The position numbers and the translations under genes were made by a program. From Antedon mediterranea (Eukaryota > Animalia > Echinodermata): 64,000 nt of DNA. The stretch spans positions 15,004,001 through 15,068,000 of the forward strand of contig NC_092671.1 in NCBI RefSeq assembly GCF_964355755.1, given 5' to 3'. The notes below the pieces were generated by a model that did no database searches, was not told where the DNA came from, and was given only the letters and a program-made list of their open reading frames with translations. Below, piece after piece: positions 42,701-56,700 of this stretch; positions within the stretch are counted from its first letter, which is position 1; each line of letters opens with the position of its first letter.

Positions 42701-45700
42701 TGTATTTTTTTTTTACGAATCTACTTTGCATATTGGCTATGCCAACATCACACATTAGTCAGCCACTGATCATTTGTATCTTTTACTTATTGACTACAAG
42801 CAGGTGCAGTGGAGGTTATACACTGGTCAATTATAATATTCAATATCAATAAAGTTATGCATTAATTAATGAAGTAGCTATTTATTTAATGAGAGCAATT
42901 TCCATCTAAACTATCTTTTTAGATACTAGGTGTGAATGGCCACTAGTTAATGGATATTAAAATAATGGAAAATTATTTATATTACCAATTTATGTGGAAA
43001 AACTTGCAACTCTCAAGGTGTACTATGTAATGAAGAATAAATACTGTTTTTAAATCAATAGATCACTGTTTATAAAGCAATGTATTAACATTAATTGCAA
43101 TAAATTAGGCTGATATTGTGCATCCTAAAGTAGAATTTAGTACTAAGGATCAATTTAAAAAGTTAAACAGCTATCCTCAAGCTGCAACATTATTTATAGT
43201 TTTATATTTGTGTTTGAAAATGCAGAATTCCAAACTAGCACGGTGTAAATAAACATTATCTGGACAAATCATTAATATTTGATCATGTTTACCTTGTATT
43301 TTTACATTTGATAGCGCAATTAATTGTGGGAAAAAAGATTTTGGCCAATTGGAAATTTATGATTCTTCAAAATAAACACTAAAAATATTATCATTATTTA
43401 GTAAATTGTGAAAAACAATAGATTTATGATACATAATTGTAGATTCAAGATTTAGTTTAATTTGCCTTTATTGCAGCATCCACCAATGCCTACAACTACG
43501 GGCCAGTTAGATCCACCATTTGGAAATTCAAGGCTACAAGTCTCAAAGCTTATAGCATCGTTACTGGTAACCAACTCACCATTAATAAACAGTGAACTTA
43601 GCAGGTTGGGAACAATGAAAGTTTTATTGGTAAGTTTTAATATAAATATAGTTTCGAAATTAAAGAAACAAACATCGGCTTCCCAGAATATGTACATTGT
43701 ACAGTTTCTGGATGGCCTGCTTGTCTTTTTCTAGGTGGGCTGGTCTGGATGTCCAGTTTCTGGATAGGCTGGCCTGTATGTCTTGTTCTAGGTGTTTAAG
43801 TCTGGATGGCCTGGTCTCTTGGCTGGTCTGGATGTCTTTTTCTAGGTGGGCTGGTCTAAATGTCTTTTTATAGATGGGCTGGTCTGGATGTCCAGTTTCT
43901 GGATGGCCTGGTCTCTTGGCTAGTCTGGATGTCTTTTTCTAGGTGGGCTGGTCTGAATGTATTTTTATAGATGGGCTGGTCTGGATGTCCAGTTTCTAGG
44001 TGGTCTGGATGTCCAGGTTCTAGGTGGACTGGCCTACAAGTCCACTTTCTGAATGTCTGGTTTTGAAGGAGTTGACAGCTATCATTAATTATTTTCTTTT
44101 TCTTTGTAGGACCTATTCTTTCAGTATTTGTGGAATAACTTTTTACATTTAGAAGTTGAAAAGTGTATAACAACAATACTCAGCAATAACCCTGTTGAAA
44201 CAGATGGAGAAAAACCTCAACATCCTCTATTAGTTCAGGTATGTGAAATGTTCCATCATTTGCTTAAATCAATCATTTACTGCCTATTGCTACTAGCATT
44301 TTGTCTTAAATTATAATATCCCTATTTTAAGTAATGTGTGCAGAAATCATGTTATAGAAATTCCCCATTGAGAAAAAAAATATTTAACATATATAAAATA
44401 CAGGAAAATACATATTCCATTCCACTACTTTCACAGGGATCACCTCAGATGTCGCATTGTCACATTTAAGAAAAGGTGACATAATATATTTGTGGTCTTG
44501 TATTTGTTTGTAACAAGCTTAAGTATTCACATTTTAAGTGCATAGTGTTGCTAAGTTACTCATTTTATCATGACCATGATTTGTCTTGACAGTTATTCAC
44601 AGATTGTAGGCTAGTTCAACGAATACTAGACGCGTGGGAAGAGAATACACAAATACAATCACAACCTGGGGGTAACAGGCGGGGGTATATGGGTCATCTG
44701 ACTAGAATTGTTAATGCACTTGTTGAAAACAAGGAAAAGGGAAACAATAGTGAACAAATTCAACAGCTTATACAAGGTTAGTAGTATTTTCATGGTTTCA
44801 ATCAGTTTCTTCTACCCAGCCTATTTGTTAATGTCTCTTAAAAATACGTTTTGCAATTTGTATTAAAAGTGCTTCTTATTCAAAACCAAATTAGCTTAGA
44901 CTAAGTAAACAATTGTTTCAAAAATGATATATAAATAATACGAATAACTCAACATAGTGCTTAATAAGTGCTTATTTAAAATTATATTAAGTATACTACT
45001 GTCAAATCTTCAAGCCCAACACCCACCCACCCCCAGTTCTGCAGTAATTGACTACATATGATTATATGCTTTTTCCCCTTTAGAGCAAGTACCTGAAGAA
45101 TACAGAGAAAAGTGGGATAATTTTATAGCTAATCAACTAGCAGATACAAATAAACGAAATACTGTCGATTTGGTAAGTTTGGATCTATGCAAGTCCCCGT
45201 TATCAGTGACTATAATTAATGAAGGAATTGTTTTTAAACATGTCCTACAGTCAGTTACAGTACCGGACAGAATTATTGCAGATTTTGAACGCATTCAACG
45301 CATTGTTAAAGTGTTGACAACGCGTTGAAACTGCGTTGTCCGTTGGCGTTGAAAGTGTTGAGTTCGTTGAACTGTTTATTCAACCAACACAATGTGTTGC
45401 GTTGAGTTTGCGTTGAAATAACGAACAATCGGATTCGTATGGTATTTACAGATTGCCAGTGTGTATTAGTAGTAGTAGTAATAGTATAAAATACAGTATT
45501 ACAAATATTTAAGAAAACAAACAAAATGTGTATTTTTCCGCGGAAACCTAGCTTAATATATTACACTAGGCTAGGCCTACTACTAACGAGTAGGCCCCGT
45601 GTGTATATGAGCCGCGTCTGCCATCGCAGTTAAAAGTAGTGGTCATGTCCTTAATTACTGTGTGCCTATATTAACTGGAGTATTAAATACCAAAGTTAAG

Positions 45701-48700
45701 GCGGCGGTGAATCTTGGAGGCTAGGTCACATCGTAATTAATTATTTCCAAACTAAAAACTTCGCAGTACTGTACTACATTTTTCTCGATAAAAACAACGT
45801 AGCCTACACCCGCCGCCATGGAAGGCAACAATACATCACCAACATAACGATCCAGCATGGTCGTCGTCTTTTTCACGCATGCTTTTCGTGACGTGAGGGA
45901 CGAACTGATCGAAAGGTGAAGAGTTCATTCATTATGAAATAACGCGTAATTAAAAGGGAAAAAAATCGTTTAGTTTTATTATTATCCATAAATATATCAT
46001 TATCATGTATTATATTATAAATTAATTATTGTGATGCCTAACGTAACCCATGCAGAGAAAAGCGTTAAATATAATAACCAAGAAATAGGAATGACCAATT
46101 TGATGACAATAGGCAATTTTAGGCGTTTTCTTTAAAATCAAAACCTGTGCCATACCATATTATTCACGCCAAGGTGTAACCCACAAATATTTGAATAACC
46201 AAACAATTCAGAATAAAGAACCACTTTATTCTGATGCAAGACAATATATTATTACAGGCGAGGTTTAGGCGTTTTCTCTTTAACATACTATTGTTTTGTT
46301 TCTTAATATAATTATATTGGCCTCCTCCTGAAACTGTATGAATGGGATGGGAGTTGCGAGAATATGCGAGCGAACAGCCAACATTTTAATCAGTTTACAG
46401 TGTGATGCTTTTCAAAACGCGCAACGTTTTCAACGCGTTCAACGCTATGGGATTCAATTGTTTAACGTCGTCAATGAACGGTCAACGGGTTCAACACATT
46501 CAACACGCTCTATTGTTAACGTATTCAAAACGCTTTTTGTACTTAAAAATGTAATGTTGTTCGATTTATAAAGATTTAAATTGGTTCATGGGTGTCGGAC
46601 ACGTCAAATTTTTTAGTTCTTTCAAATTACATTACAACAAACAATGGGACAATTATAAAATAAAAACCAAAATAGAGAAACAATATTTTAACTTTATCTC
46701 TTGAATCTCGAACAGCTAAAAAATGTAGGCCTAAATAAAATTAATTACTTCGTCGTCATTAACGATCGTTAAATACGTCATAACACACGTGGTGTTTTTC
46801 TTGAGGAAACCAGGGTGGCGGCCTCGTGTGTTGATGTCAGTAATTTCCACGTTGTTTGATTTTACGACGTGAGATTGTGTTTTCCCCCGGAAGGCCTACA
46901 GTACAGTGTTAACTGTTAGACTTGGCATCGACCTTATTATTCTATGTTTTCCTTCACTAAACACTGGGAAATATCACTGTGTGTTTTATTTGGTGACTGT
47001 CCGTTCAATACTTAAAAATATATCTAAGCTTCATATATATTCTTTATTTATATTAAAATATCTGGTAGTGACTGCCGATAGGTATTTTGCCTGTTGTTGT
47101 TACTGATCGTTCAGGCGTGCAATCGGCCAGTCTAGAGTGCTGCAGCAGCTAGCGTTGAAATAACTAATTGTTTACTTGACATGCTGATAACGACTTTCGT
47201 TGAATAAACAACTAAACGTTGAAAGCCGTTCAACGCAACGCAAACACAACGCAACGACAACGTGTTGAATGCGTTGGGATTTTTGCAATAATTCTGTCCT
47301 GTACTGTAAGAAAACGCACAACAGGATATGCTGTATCAAACCACAACATAGTATAGGACATTAATGATATCAGTAACAAATGTTGTAATTATACCATTGA
47401 CAGGTTGGAAGCCATCCATTGCATTCATCAAGTGAAGATGATGACTCAGATTTTAAAGATATTCATTTTGGTCAAGAGACTACAATGCAACAGGTAGGTA
47501 GAAATAAATGTACTATAAAAATGTACTGTATTTATTATGTTATCCAAAGACAGTTGAATATTTTCATGCATATACAAAATCAGCATCGTCCGCAAAACAA
47601 ATGACTTGAACAAAAAATTTATTAATAAAATATAATATAATATTAAAACACCCAAATTGTATAAAACTATAACAATAATTAATAGTAGAAAAAAGGTACT
47701 ATTTAAATAGTGCGTACTATTGCACACAGTGTGACCCACAATCATCCAATCAAATGACAGGAATTTATTTAGGTGTTATATAATATGAACTAATCATCGC
47801 TTTGAATAGTCATGCAATCAAATTGAACTGTCTAGTCTTACAAATAAAAATAAATACACAGTAAATAATATTTTATTTACACTGTATGAAGCAGTATAAA
47901 CAGAAATTGTAAACCAAACAAATGTAGAATAAATATATTTTGAAGTTATCTTTAAATTGAATGTGCATTTGCTGTTGGTTAGCAAAGCAAGAAAGTACAT
48001 CAACGATCTGGCCTTGTGTCTCACTAGCCACATGATTCATTTTAATTGGCTGTAGTTATTTCAGTTTTACAAAAATATCTCTTCCTGTCAAAACGCCTCA
48101 TACTAATGATTCACTTCCCTGCTTTTAAATATTTATCAAATATTGTCTGCCAATAATAAAACTTGCATTATATTGAATCAACTAATTTTTTATGTAAATG
48201 TTAATGTAATTGTTTGTAATTTTGATAAATTACCTTATCATAACTTAAAATTAATTAATTTAAACATGTTGATATTAATTTACTTAATTACATAAATAAT
48301 GATTTTATTATATTAAAGTTGTCTGTCATCATAGAGCTCAATAGAGTAGATAGACTGTTATTACTTGAAAAGGTTATATGAATACTATCGCATAATGTAC
48401 ATGCCGAACTGCAATTTATGACCACATATAAAACAATTTAGTGCCAGTGATTACCAAAATTATTGTACATACCCTGGGCTTACAGTGTTTTAATGAAGCC
48501 CACAAATAAGACCAGTAGTGTAATGAGTAGCTCCTTATTACGTACAAAATGACTTTTGGTCTGCTACGTCAGGCCTTCTCCGATTATCAGATGCAACAAA
48601 TGACGTCCCATTTTATTGACCAGTTCGGCTTCAATGATGAAGAGTTTGCAGAGCAAGATGAGAATGTCAAGTAAGTAAATTCATTAATATTTTTTCCCCA

Positions 48701-49338
48701 TTTCTTTTTTATATTGTGGTATTTTTTGTTTTAGACTAGAATTCATGCATTAATAATTTATTTCCATTTCAAAGCACCCTACCATTTAAAATAATCAATT
48801 GCTAACAACACTTTGCAAGTTCAACATTTTCATATTTACAAATGGAATAAAACAAATCAAATATTACATCTGATATCTGTATACTTATATATAAATATAT
48901 ATTTATTTTCCAACTGAAAGATTAAAAAAAAATAAAGAATCAGAATGCATTTACTACAAATTACAATTATGGTGTAGCAATCTATTTCTTCTATTCCTTT
49001 AATGGGTGGGTTTTTTTGTACACTTTTTTAAAATTATATTTGGCTATAGATTGATTGTCATATTGTCTTTGCCCTCTTCTGTCTTTGTTATCTACTTATG
49101 AACTATATCTCATTAGTGTCACTTACATTATTTTATCGTGATTATCATAATTCAGTTATATATATATATATATATTGCACTGATGAAGGGCTAGTGTTAC
49201 CCGAAAGCTCTGCTAACTTTTCTGGCTGTTTACTTTATCGTTTTGATTTAGCTTTTCGCTTTTTATTTTTGTATCTCCATTGAGATCCAGCCACTGATAC
49301 CCACAGCATTGTCATTTTTTTCAGTAATTTGCCTTTGG

Positions 49339-49397
<59 letters not shown>

Positions 49398-52300
49398 TGT
49401 TTGTTTTGTTTATTATTGATCACAGTACCTTATTTCTTTCATTTAAACTGTTATGCACCTGTTTTGTATTCAGTGTGTGTTTTGTATATATTGTCATTGA
49501 TAACTGTATTTAGGAACCACTAACATCCACTAACTTGCTTCTTCTGACAATAATATTTTGAGTATTTGTTTAGTTTCCTTGTCTGTTACTGTATCCTTCA
49601 GATAAACATTTTTTACCTTTGTTGACTACTTGTTTGGTCTAAAAAATAACAATTTAAATATAGTTTTAATGTAACAAAGTTATACTTTAATGGTTATTTG
49701 CCATTTAATAAGACGACCTGGAAACAAGTTTGGTTATGCCAATTGATGCAGGGAAGTTGGTACGCATTCTCTACACCGTTTTGGCACCTACAAGTGGTTT
49801 GTTATTGTAGGTCTAGACGATGACCAAAGTCACATCAATCAGTGTAGTAGGTCCTGGGTTGTTAGTCATCAAATCTTCCATTATGTTTTTGAGAAACAAC
49901 ATCTTTTTCCATTTTATTAGAGAATCTAAATAATCATTTAATTTAATAGTGTGGGATGGTAATTGATTTACCCTATTCGTTTATTCAATAAATATTTTCC
50001 ACACATATTAAAAATACATAATAATAATTTTCATGAGTTCTTAGAAATAGCATAATATATATGTTTTTGAATGTGGAGAATATTTCATTTGCCTTTCAAC
50101 TTAAAAAATATTCTTACCATCCAACCCATAAGCATTCATTATTTATATACTAATATCTATCTCTTTAATACTACAGTAATCCATTTGATAGAATTGCTGA
50201 GGTGAAATTTTCGATACCAGCTAATGAAAATAATGTAAGTACTTTTCCATCACCATGTACAATGTAGAAATGTTTACAATGATGTATTACGCACATTTAT
50301 GATCAATAAACTGGAAAAGATTCAGGATAGTTTTTATATAATGGAATTGTTACCGTTATGTATTAATTCCAGTAAAAATTACTAATTCATAGTCATAGTC
50401 ATATATACTTTATTGTCCATTTAAAAAAACAAAAATGTGATTTGAAAACTGGCAAAATACAAAAATATAAATGTTCTATATAATAACAGTATGTTGTAAA
50501 CCTGATTAATTTGTATTACAGCCCAACTCTGCTTTGTTTGATGCATGTTGTAATGAAAAGATCCAAGAATTTAACGACAGTAGCGATGAAGAAGACGATA
50601 TGTTTGAAGTTAGGGAGATGAGGTATCCTGCTAATGTGGATTCCAGAGAGAGGTAATAGCGCTTGATTGAACTCTAGCTTTGGGAACTGTATCTAGCATT
50701 GTCATTGAGCCCTGTGGACTAAAGCCTTGTCTACACTATAAAACTTTATGACAAAAAAATGTGATGTGCCCATATATGATGTCATATTACTACCAAACTT
50801 GTCAAACTAGTTTGATAGTGTAGACAGAGCTTAATAAAAAATAATCTTTTCTAGCATCAAAATACTTAGATAATTTATGTTATTGATATTAGTGACGCGG
50901 CTTTAAGAAACATAGGCAATGACAGTGACAACAGTACAGATAGTGAAGATGAGACAAAAGAGGAAGGCTTTGATGCCCCAAAAACGATACGGCAAAGTGA
51001 GGAGCACCGGATGGACATCGAGTCAACGGCTGGTTGGACTGCAAATTTCAACTCGGCTGAATCTGCGGTCGCAATGGATACAACACCTGTAGGCTGGAAC
51101 GACCCAACATCAACCACAGAAGATACCGGTTGGGCTAACTTTGCAGATTTTGATAGAGGATTTAGATCTGATAGGTTTGTGTTATTTACGTATTCTCATT
51201 GTTCAATGAACTCTGTTGCCCGTGCCGTTGTATAAAAACCACTCCTGGTTAGCTGAATTGCCCAGTGAAACATGAGATAAATGCTTGATCAAAATATAAA
51301 TATTTCTTGCAAATGTAAATAATCGTTGCTTTGTGTTGCACATTTGTACTGGTACATTATACTGAGTATTTCTAAAAAAGCTATTGGAAAAGTCCATAGT
51401 TAATTATTATTTCAATTGTTTATAGTGTTGGCCAATCAGCACCAAGGAGCAGTTCCCCTGTTGCCATGGATAGTGAATCAGCAGACGACGCCACACCAGA
51501 AGCAGACAGACAAGCTGGAGTGCCTTACAGTAAATTGAGTTTTATTACAATTTTAACTATTATAATAATTATAACTGTTAAATTACTATATTGTTTGTCA
51601 ACATTCCCTTGCTGAGAATGCATGTTATCCTCAAGTAATCCTGGAAACTGGAAAAAAAAGAGACCTATTTTTTGTATGAACGATTTGTATTAATGTATGT
51701 ATATCATATATTTCATGTGTGCTGAAGGTATTTCATAACTGCCTAAACATAAAGTATAATAATAATGTCAATTCACCAAATACTTGGACAGACAGAAAGT
51801 GTTTCCTGACAACTGAGGTTTTCCATAGGACGTTTGAACTGAAAAGGAATGTTTATGGAAGAATTTAATTCTAATTTAAATGTTTCTTTTTTAATCTGAA
51901 ATAAAATGTTACCATTATTCTATTTAGTGGTCACAGAAGGAAGCCCTCCTGAGACAGAAGAACCCTCAAAAGGAACACCATCACCTTCTGCTGCTCCACA
52001 AGATGCATTGCCAGAAAGGTATTTGTTCATCAGTTGTACACCAATACAAATGTAATGGCAAACACTGCAGCATTGAATTGGAGTGATTTGATTACTGGAC
52101 TGTATACAGTCACAGATTGATGTAGACACTTGATGATAAGAAGCTAGTCAATTGAATTATCATGTCGTCAGATTATTTTATTGGAAAATTCTAACTTTCA
52201 TAAAGCCGATTTTCCACTGAGCGTATTTGTTTACACCAATCAAAAGCGTCGACTTACACGCATGCGTATTTACGTTTCCATCTTCCAAATCCCTCTCTAC

Positions 52301-53799
52301 GCATGCGTGTAAGCCTACGCTTTCGAATTGGCGAGAACAAATTTGCCTAGTGGAAAATAGGCTTTAGAAAGTTTGACAAAAAATGTGTAATGTTCCCAAA
52401 TAAGGTAGTAATATGATATCATCATTACCATATATGGGCACATCACATTTTTTTGTCACATAAAGTTTTATAATGTAGACAGAGCTTAATCACAGTTTTT
52501 TAATAATTTATGAATGCATTGACCATATTATGGTTAATAAAAATTTTAGAATTGTAGTTAATCATAATGATTTTGTTTGGTTTTCAGTGAAAGTGTGGAA
52601 CCTATGCAGGTAAATGAGGAAGTGACAGGAGCTGCTGAAGGGCAAGAAATGCAGGAAATGAAGCTAGTAGACGATTTAAAAAATAGTAAACCAGAAGATG
52701 ACCAAGAGGTATCATCACCTGAACCTAGAGACAATATTGCATCCCCCTCTGCTAAAGTAGTTGGAAAAGTAGTAAGCAATGTACAATGTGCAGCTGTTGA
52801 GGCAGATACAAAGCCTGATAATGAAATGGACACGGAGGAAGAAATTGAAAGTGGTAAAACCCCACCAATTGCTAACGCAGAACTGAATGACCAACAAAAC
52901 GACAAGTTATCGTCGTCACCCGAGGCTGTAACTGAAAATTTAGAAAATTTACAAGATGAAATCAGAACTGAATCTGATAGTAAAGATATTGAAATAGAAA
53001 CTAAAGATGAGGTGTGTGTTGATGTAAATGATGAACTAAAATCACCAATTATAGAAAATGAAAAATGTAAAGAAAATTTAGACCCTGCAGAAGAAAAAGA
53101 TGATGATGATCTAAATGATAATTTTGAGTAAGTTGTTTTTAATTACTAAACAAAAAAAAATGTCTTTTCAACCAAGCATTAATTTAAAAACATTTACATT
53201 ATGCATTTATTCTTTATGAATATATATGAAAAAACCTTTAAAAGAAGGTGCCAATCTGAATATTCAATTGTTATTTTCATGTCATTTTATAGTAGTAGAG
53301 TGTCTTAACTGCTTGACATTGGACAGAGACATTTCACGATTGAATAATAAGATACAAGTAGAACTGCTAATGCTTGCCATATTATGATATGTGCTTTTGT
53401 TTGTTACAGCTTTCTTGCAACAAGTGGTTTAATGAAATCTCCAGAACAAGTCAAGACCAATGCAGATAGTTTAGATAACGAAAAGCTGGAGAAAGCGAGG
53501 TTAGTTTATTTACTATCATGTTAATTGCTGTATTAGTTTTTTAAGTTGGTTTTACATTTTACAATAGATTAAGAATGCAAGTAAGTGCTTGTATTTTCAT
53601 CATTTTCAAAATGTCTGACCATGTTATGAATCCGTTTCCCATGAAATACAGTGACCACACACTAACCCCTAGTTTGTGTAGAATATGTTGTATGTGCTAT
53701 TGAAGTGCTAAATATATTTGTATTTCTATCAATAGGGCTGAAGCTAGACAAGCTCTGGAAACATTTGCCACAGAAACGAAACAAAACGGACCGATTTGA
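36724..53799 (+). CDS. PPP6R3: Serine/threonine-protein phosphatase 6 regulatory subunit (SAPS domain; PPP6R3-like, co-orthologue of PPP6R1-3)
   Basis: 21 in-phase GT-AG exons: 36724-36783 ([20 protein letters not shown]), 37952-38031 ([26 protein letters not shown]), 38573-38732, 40636-40887 ([12 protein letters not shown]), 41570-41748, 42062-42175, 42501-42627, 43477-43629, 44110-44238 (WNNFLH), 44593-44776 ([11 protein letters not shown]), 45084-45172, 47404-47493, 48573-48670 ([25 protein letters not shown]), 50177-50234, 50522-50652, 50893-51174 (GWANF), 51426-51529, 51928-52018, 52588-53127, 53410-53499, 53736-53799 (NGPI-stop). Confidence 0.93.
37061..37360. repeat. 20-bp minisatellite x15 (AGTATAGTAGACAAACCCAT)
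   Basis: Fifteen head-to-tail copies with one substitution (14th copy) and no spacers. Confidence 0.97.
43704..44058. repeat. Degenerate minisatellite (GGCTGGTCTGGATGTC / TTTCTAGGTG modules)
   Basis: Repeated roughly 28-30-bp modules in the PPP6R intron after exon 8. Confidence 0.8.
45258..47306. mobile_element. Tc1/mariner-like non-autonomous element (about 2.05 kb)
   Basis: TA|CAGTACCGGACAGAATTATTGCA...TGCAATAATTCTGTCCTGTACTG|TA: TA TSD, CAGT termini, and subterminal clusters of CAACG/CGTTG motifs. No transposase ORF. Confidence 0.85.
49157..49393 (+). mobile_element. (TA)n-embedded Penelope-like/retrozyme-type fragment
   Basis: About 165 bp of unique sequence (49176-49341) between two (TA)n tracts, starting with the hammerhead motif. 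Confidence 0.6.
49177..49213 (+). ncRNA. Minimal type I hammerhead ribozyme (Penelope-type, probably dimeric)
   Basis: GCA-CTGATGA-A-GGG(CTAGTGTTA)CCC-GAAA-GCTC-TGC. The core motifs are intact, stems I and II are short, and a palindromic AGCT replaces stem III. Confidence 0.65.
50723..50831. mobile_element. Harbinger/Tourist-like MITE
   Basis: TAA|AGCCTTGTCTACACTAT...ATAGTGTAGACAGAGCT|TAA. A related copy lies in opposite orientation at about 52366-52488. Confidence 0.7.
52204..52363. mobile_element. Palindromic Harbinger-like MITE
   Basis: TAA|AGCCGATTTTCCACT...AGTGGAAAATAGGCT|TTA, with internal inverted arms AAAGCGT..CTTACACGCATGCGTA / TACGCATGCGTGTAAG..ACGCTTT. Confidence 0.7.
52366..52488. 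mobile_element. Partial MITE related to 50723-50831
   Basis: Shares CATATATGGGCACATCACATTTTTTTGTCA (reverse complement of about 50749-50778) and the terminus TGTAGACAGAGCTTAA. Confidence 0.65.
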
Positions 53800-56700
53800 T
53801 GAAGCTTGTCTGGCCTCAAGATAAGGGAGTCATTATTATCTGTCTGTACACACATGCTGTAAATCAAGAATTATTGGAATAAATGAATTAAACAATATGT
53901 GAACTCAAGAAGGAACATGTTACACAAGTGATCAGAGATTATTCGTAACCCCACAGCCAAGCCCCATCCCTGTGATGTTCATATATAATTAAAATCTGAG
54001 GTTTTATGTGTAAACTGGAGATGTTTTAATGATTATATAATTTAAAGAAATGCAGTTTACTGGTTAGACCAAATTTATTTCTGAATAATACTGTAAATAC
54101 AATTTAAAAGATATTTCTAGGTTTCGTGAGTGATCAAACTTGCTAACAAACTAGCAAGGGTTTATAGATCGCCGTTAGAAGTCTATGCAGGTGTTTGAAA
54201 GAAAGTTTTAAAACTAGTGATGTTATACAATATGGTGAACACACAACATGTACTTTGAATTGCTTTAGGAATTCTAAAGTATGTGTGCAAATATTTAAGA
54301 GCCCTTTCACTTATATTTACTGGTTAATAGTGATACCTTTTCATTATTTTTGTTATTTTTTAAAATTTTGTTTTGGCTACAGTGAAAGAATCAACACACG
54401 TAGTATGGCTAGAAACTAAGACCATCATTAGTACACCACCAGCAGGCATGTTACTAGTCATAAATGATACATGTATACTTTAAAAAACCAAGATTGATAA
54501 AATATTTTTGCTATAGATATGCAATTATACATCTCTATAAATTTCTGAAATAAATTGACGACTTAAATATTTTTGAACTTGACCCCATAAAGCAATATTT
54601 TATGCAGTAAAAATTGTTTGAAATGTAATTATGTTTAGTTGATGTGATAAGCCTAGAACCAAATAAGAATGTGACCACTACAAATGAATATGCATCTGCA
54701 CTTTTTCTTGTCCTGGCTTTGTTTAGAATCGTTACAGAATCCGAGAGTATTAAACAAATCTAAAACACTGTGATTAAAGCAGTCAATGTCACATGATAAA
54801 GCTTATAGATTATTACTTTACACACCGACTTAACTAAATTCTAATACTGTATCTTAGTACTCATTTTATTCTTTAAATGTTTTTAATATTGTATTTTATT
54901 TTGTGTGATTTCATTTGTAATGCAAATTACAAGCTATGTACAGTTGTGAAGATGAATTAATATTTGAAAGAATGTATTAATTTAAGATAATATATAACAA
55001 TTTATGTGTATCTATTTTAGATTATTTCATCTCCAACAGACAATAAATTTAATGCTGTATTTACAATAGGATGCTGTAAACATCAATTCTCAGTCTTCCA
55101 TGTATTCTTTACCATCATGCTTCAAGTGGCTATGTTATACTGAATGATAAAGTATAACAGTGTTATTTGTACTGCATTATACAAGTTTTAATGTAAGTAG
55201 TGCAATCGGCAACAAAAATGACTATTTGTATTCTAGTTTATTCCATTTACACCAATCAAGTACATTATTGCCTTGTGGTTGTTAATATATGTACGTTTTC
55301 AATAAATAGTTTTTTTTATCAATACAGTAACTCTAAGGGTGGGGAATAGTACGTTCAGTATATGCAGTACCAACATTTACACTTCTGCTTCAACAGGTAA
55401 CTGTAGGGACTTTAGTCATGTTTTATGTTGCAATAAATAAAAATTAAAGTAAAATTATTCTTATTTATGATTGTATGACATAGTTATGGTCCTGGATAAG
55501 CTCCCATTGTGAGTCTACTGTACAATTATTGTGAATACACCACCAATTTGGTATACCATTTAGTGCTCTATTTGCGCTACTAGTTCTAAAATGATTTAGC
55601 CATAAATTGATATTCTACACATCCCAGAAGATCGGAGATAAATAGTATTTTACTCCTTTCGTATCTATTATAGTAAAACTTTGCATATTTCTTTTTAATT
55701 ATCACTTGTAAATTCTACAGATAAGGAATTGAATTACTCAAATGTTTCTAGTGCCTACTGTGAGCCTTGATAGTTCAAATCAGCATTCCAACTTACTGCT
55801 CAATCTCATAGTAAATTAAATTTTGTACATATATTAGAATCACAGTTCTGTGAATTAATACTTGCTCCAGCATCTTATTTTTTAATTGTGTAAAACACCA
55901 CTTCTAAGAGGTCAATGAACTTAATTCTGGGTTTGTTGAAAGTACACAGCTTCTTTTAACATTTTCTTCCTCCATTATTTCTGGGCTGGTCCCTTGTTGC
56001 CATGGCAATGTCATTCAGTTTGTGTACTAAGCGAACAAATCAATGTTTTATTTTAATCGGAAGTTTCAAATATTACAAATTTGAAACCTGTCACCATGAA
56101 CATTAATAATATTTTGTAATATATTGATTTTAATTTTTAACCTCCATCAATTAGATAGAAAGATGTTGAATGGAATGGTTGTCATCTACCCATGATTTAC
56201 TTTGATTCTCTGGTGTTCAGATTCATAAATATGTAGATATTTATATAACTAAACATTCAACATTTTCTATAGTATACTGGAATACCAATAATATGTTTTG
56301 AATAGGTCATTTTTTATTTCAATTATTTCTCTCATTTTATTTTATACTATACTGTGTTCTATAGAAACTCTCCTGAATATAATTAGCTTGGAAAACATTT
56401 ATTTTCCCTTTATTTCTGTTATGTATTCTCCTTACGTGTAAAGTTCAGTAACCAATATTATGAATATAGATCTTGATCGTTATTTTTATTGTTATAATAG
56501 AGAGGTTTAATAAACTGAGAATTTTATTAAAGTCCTCAGTTTCATTGCAGGAGTACATAGTCAGAATTCAGTCATTTTCTGTTTTTTATATTATCTAACT
56601 TGACATTTTAGTTACACGTACAGTACATTTATTACAATGGTTTTTCTCAAAACAAAGCATCTTGATGACGGAGTTTAGAAACATGGCTGATTTGAATTGA

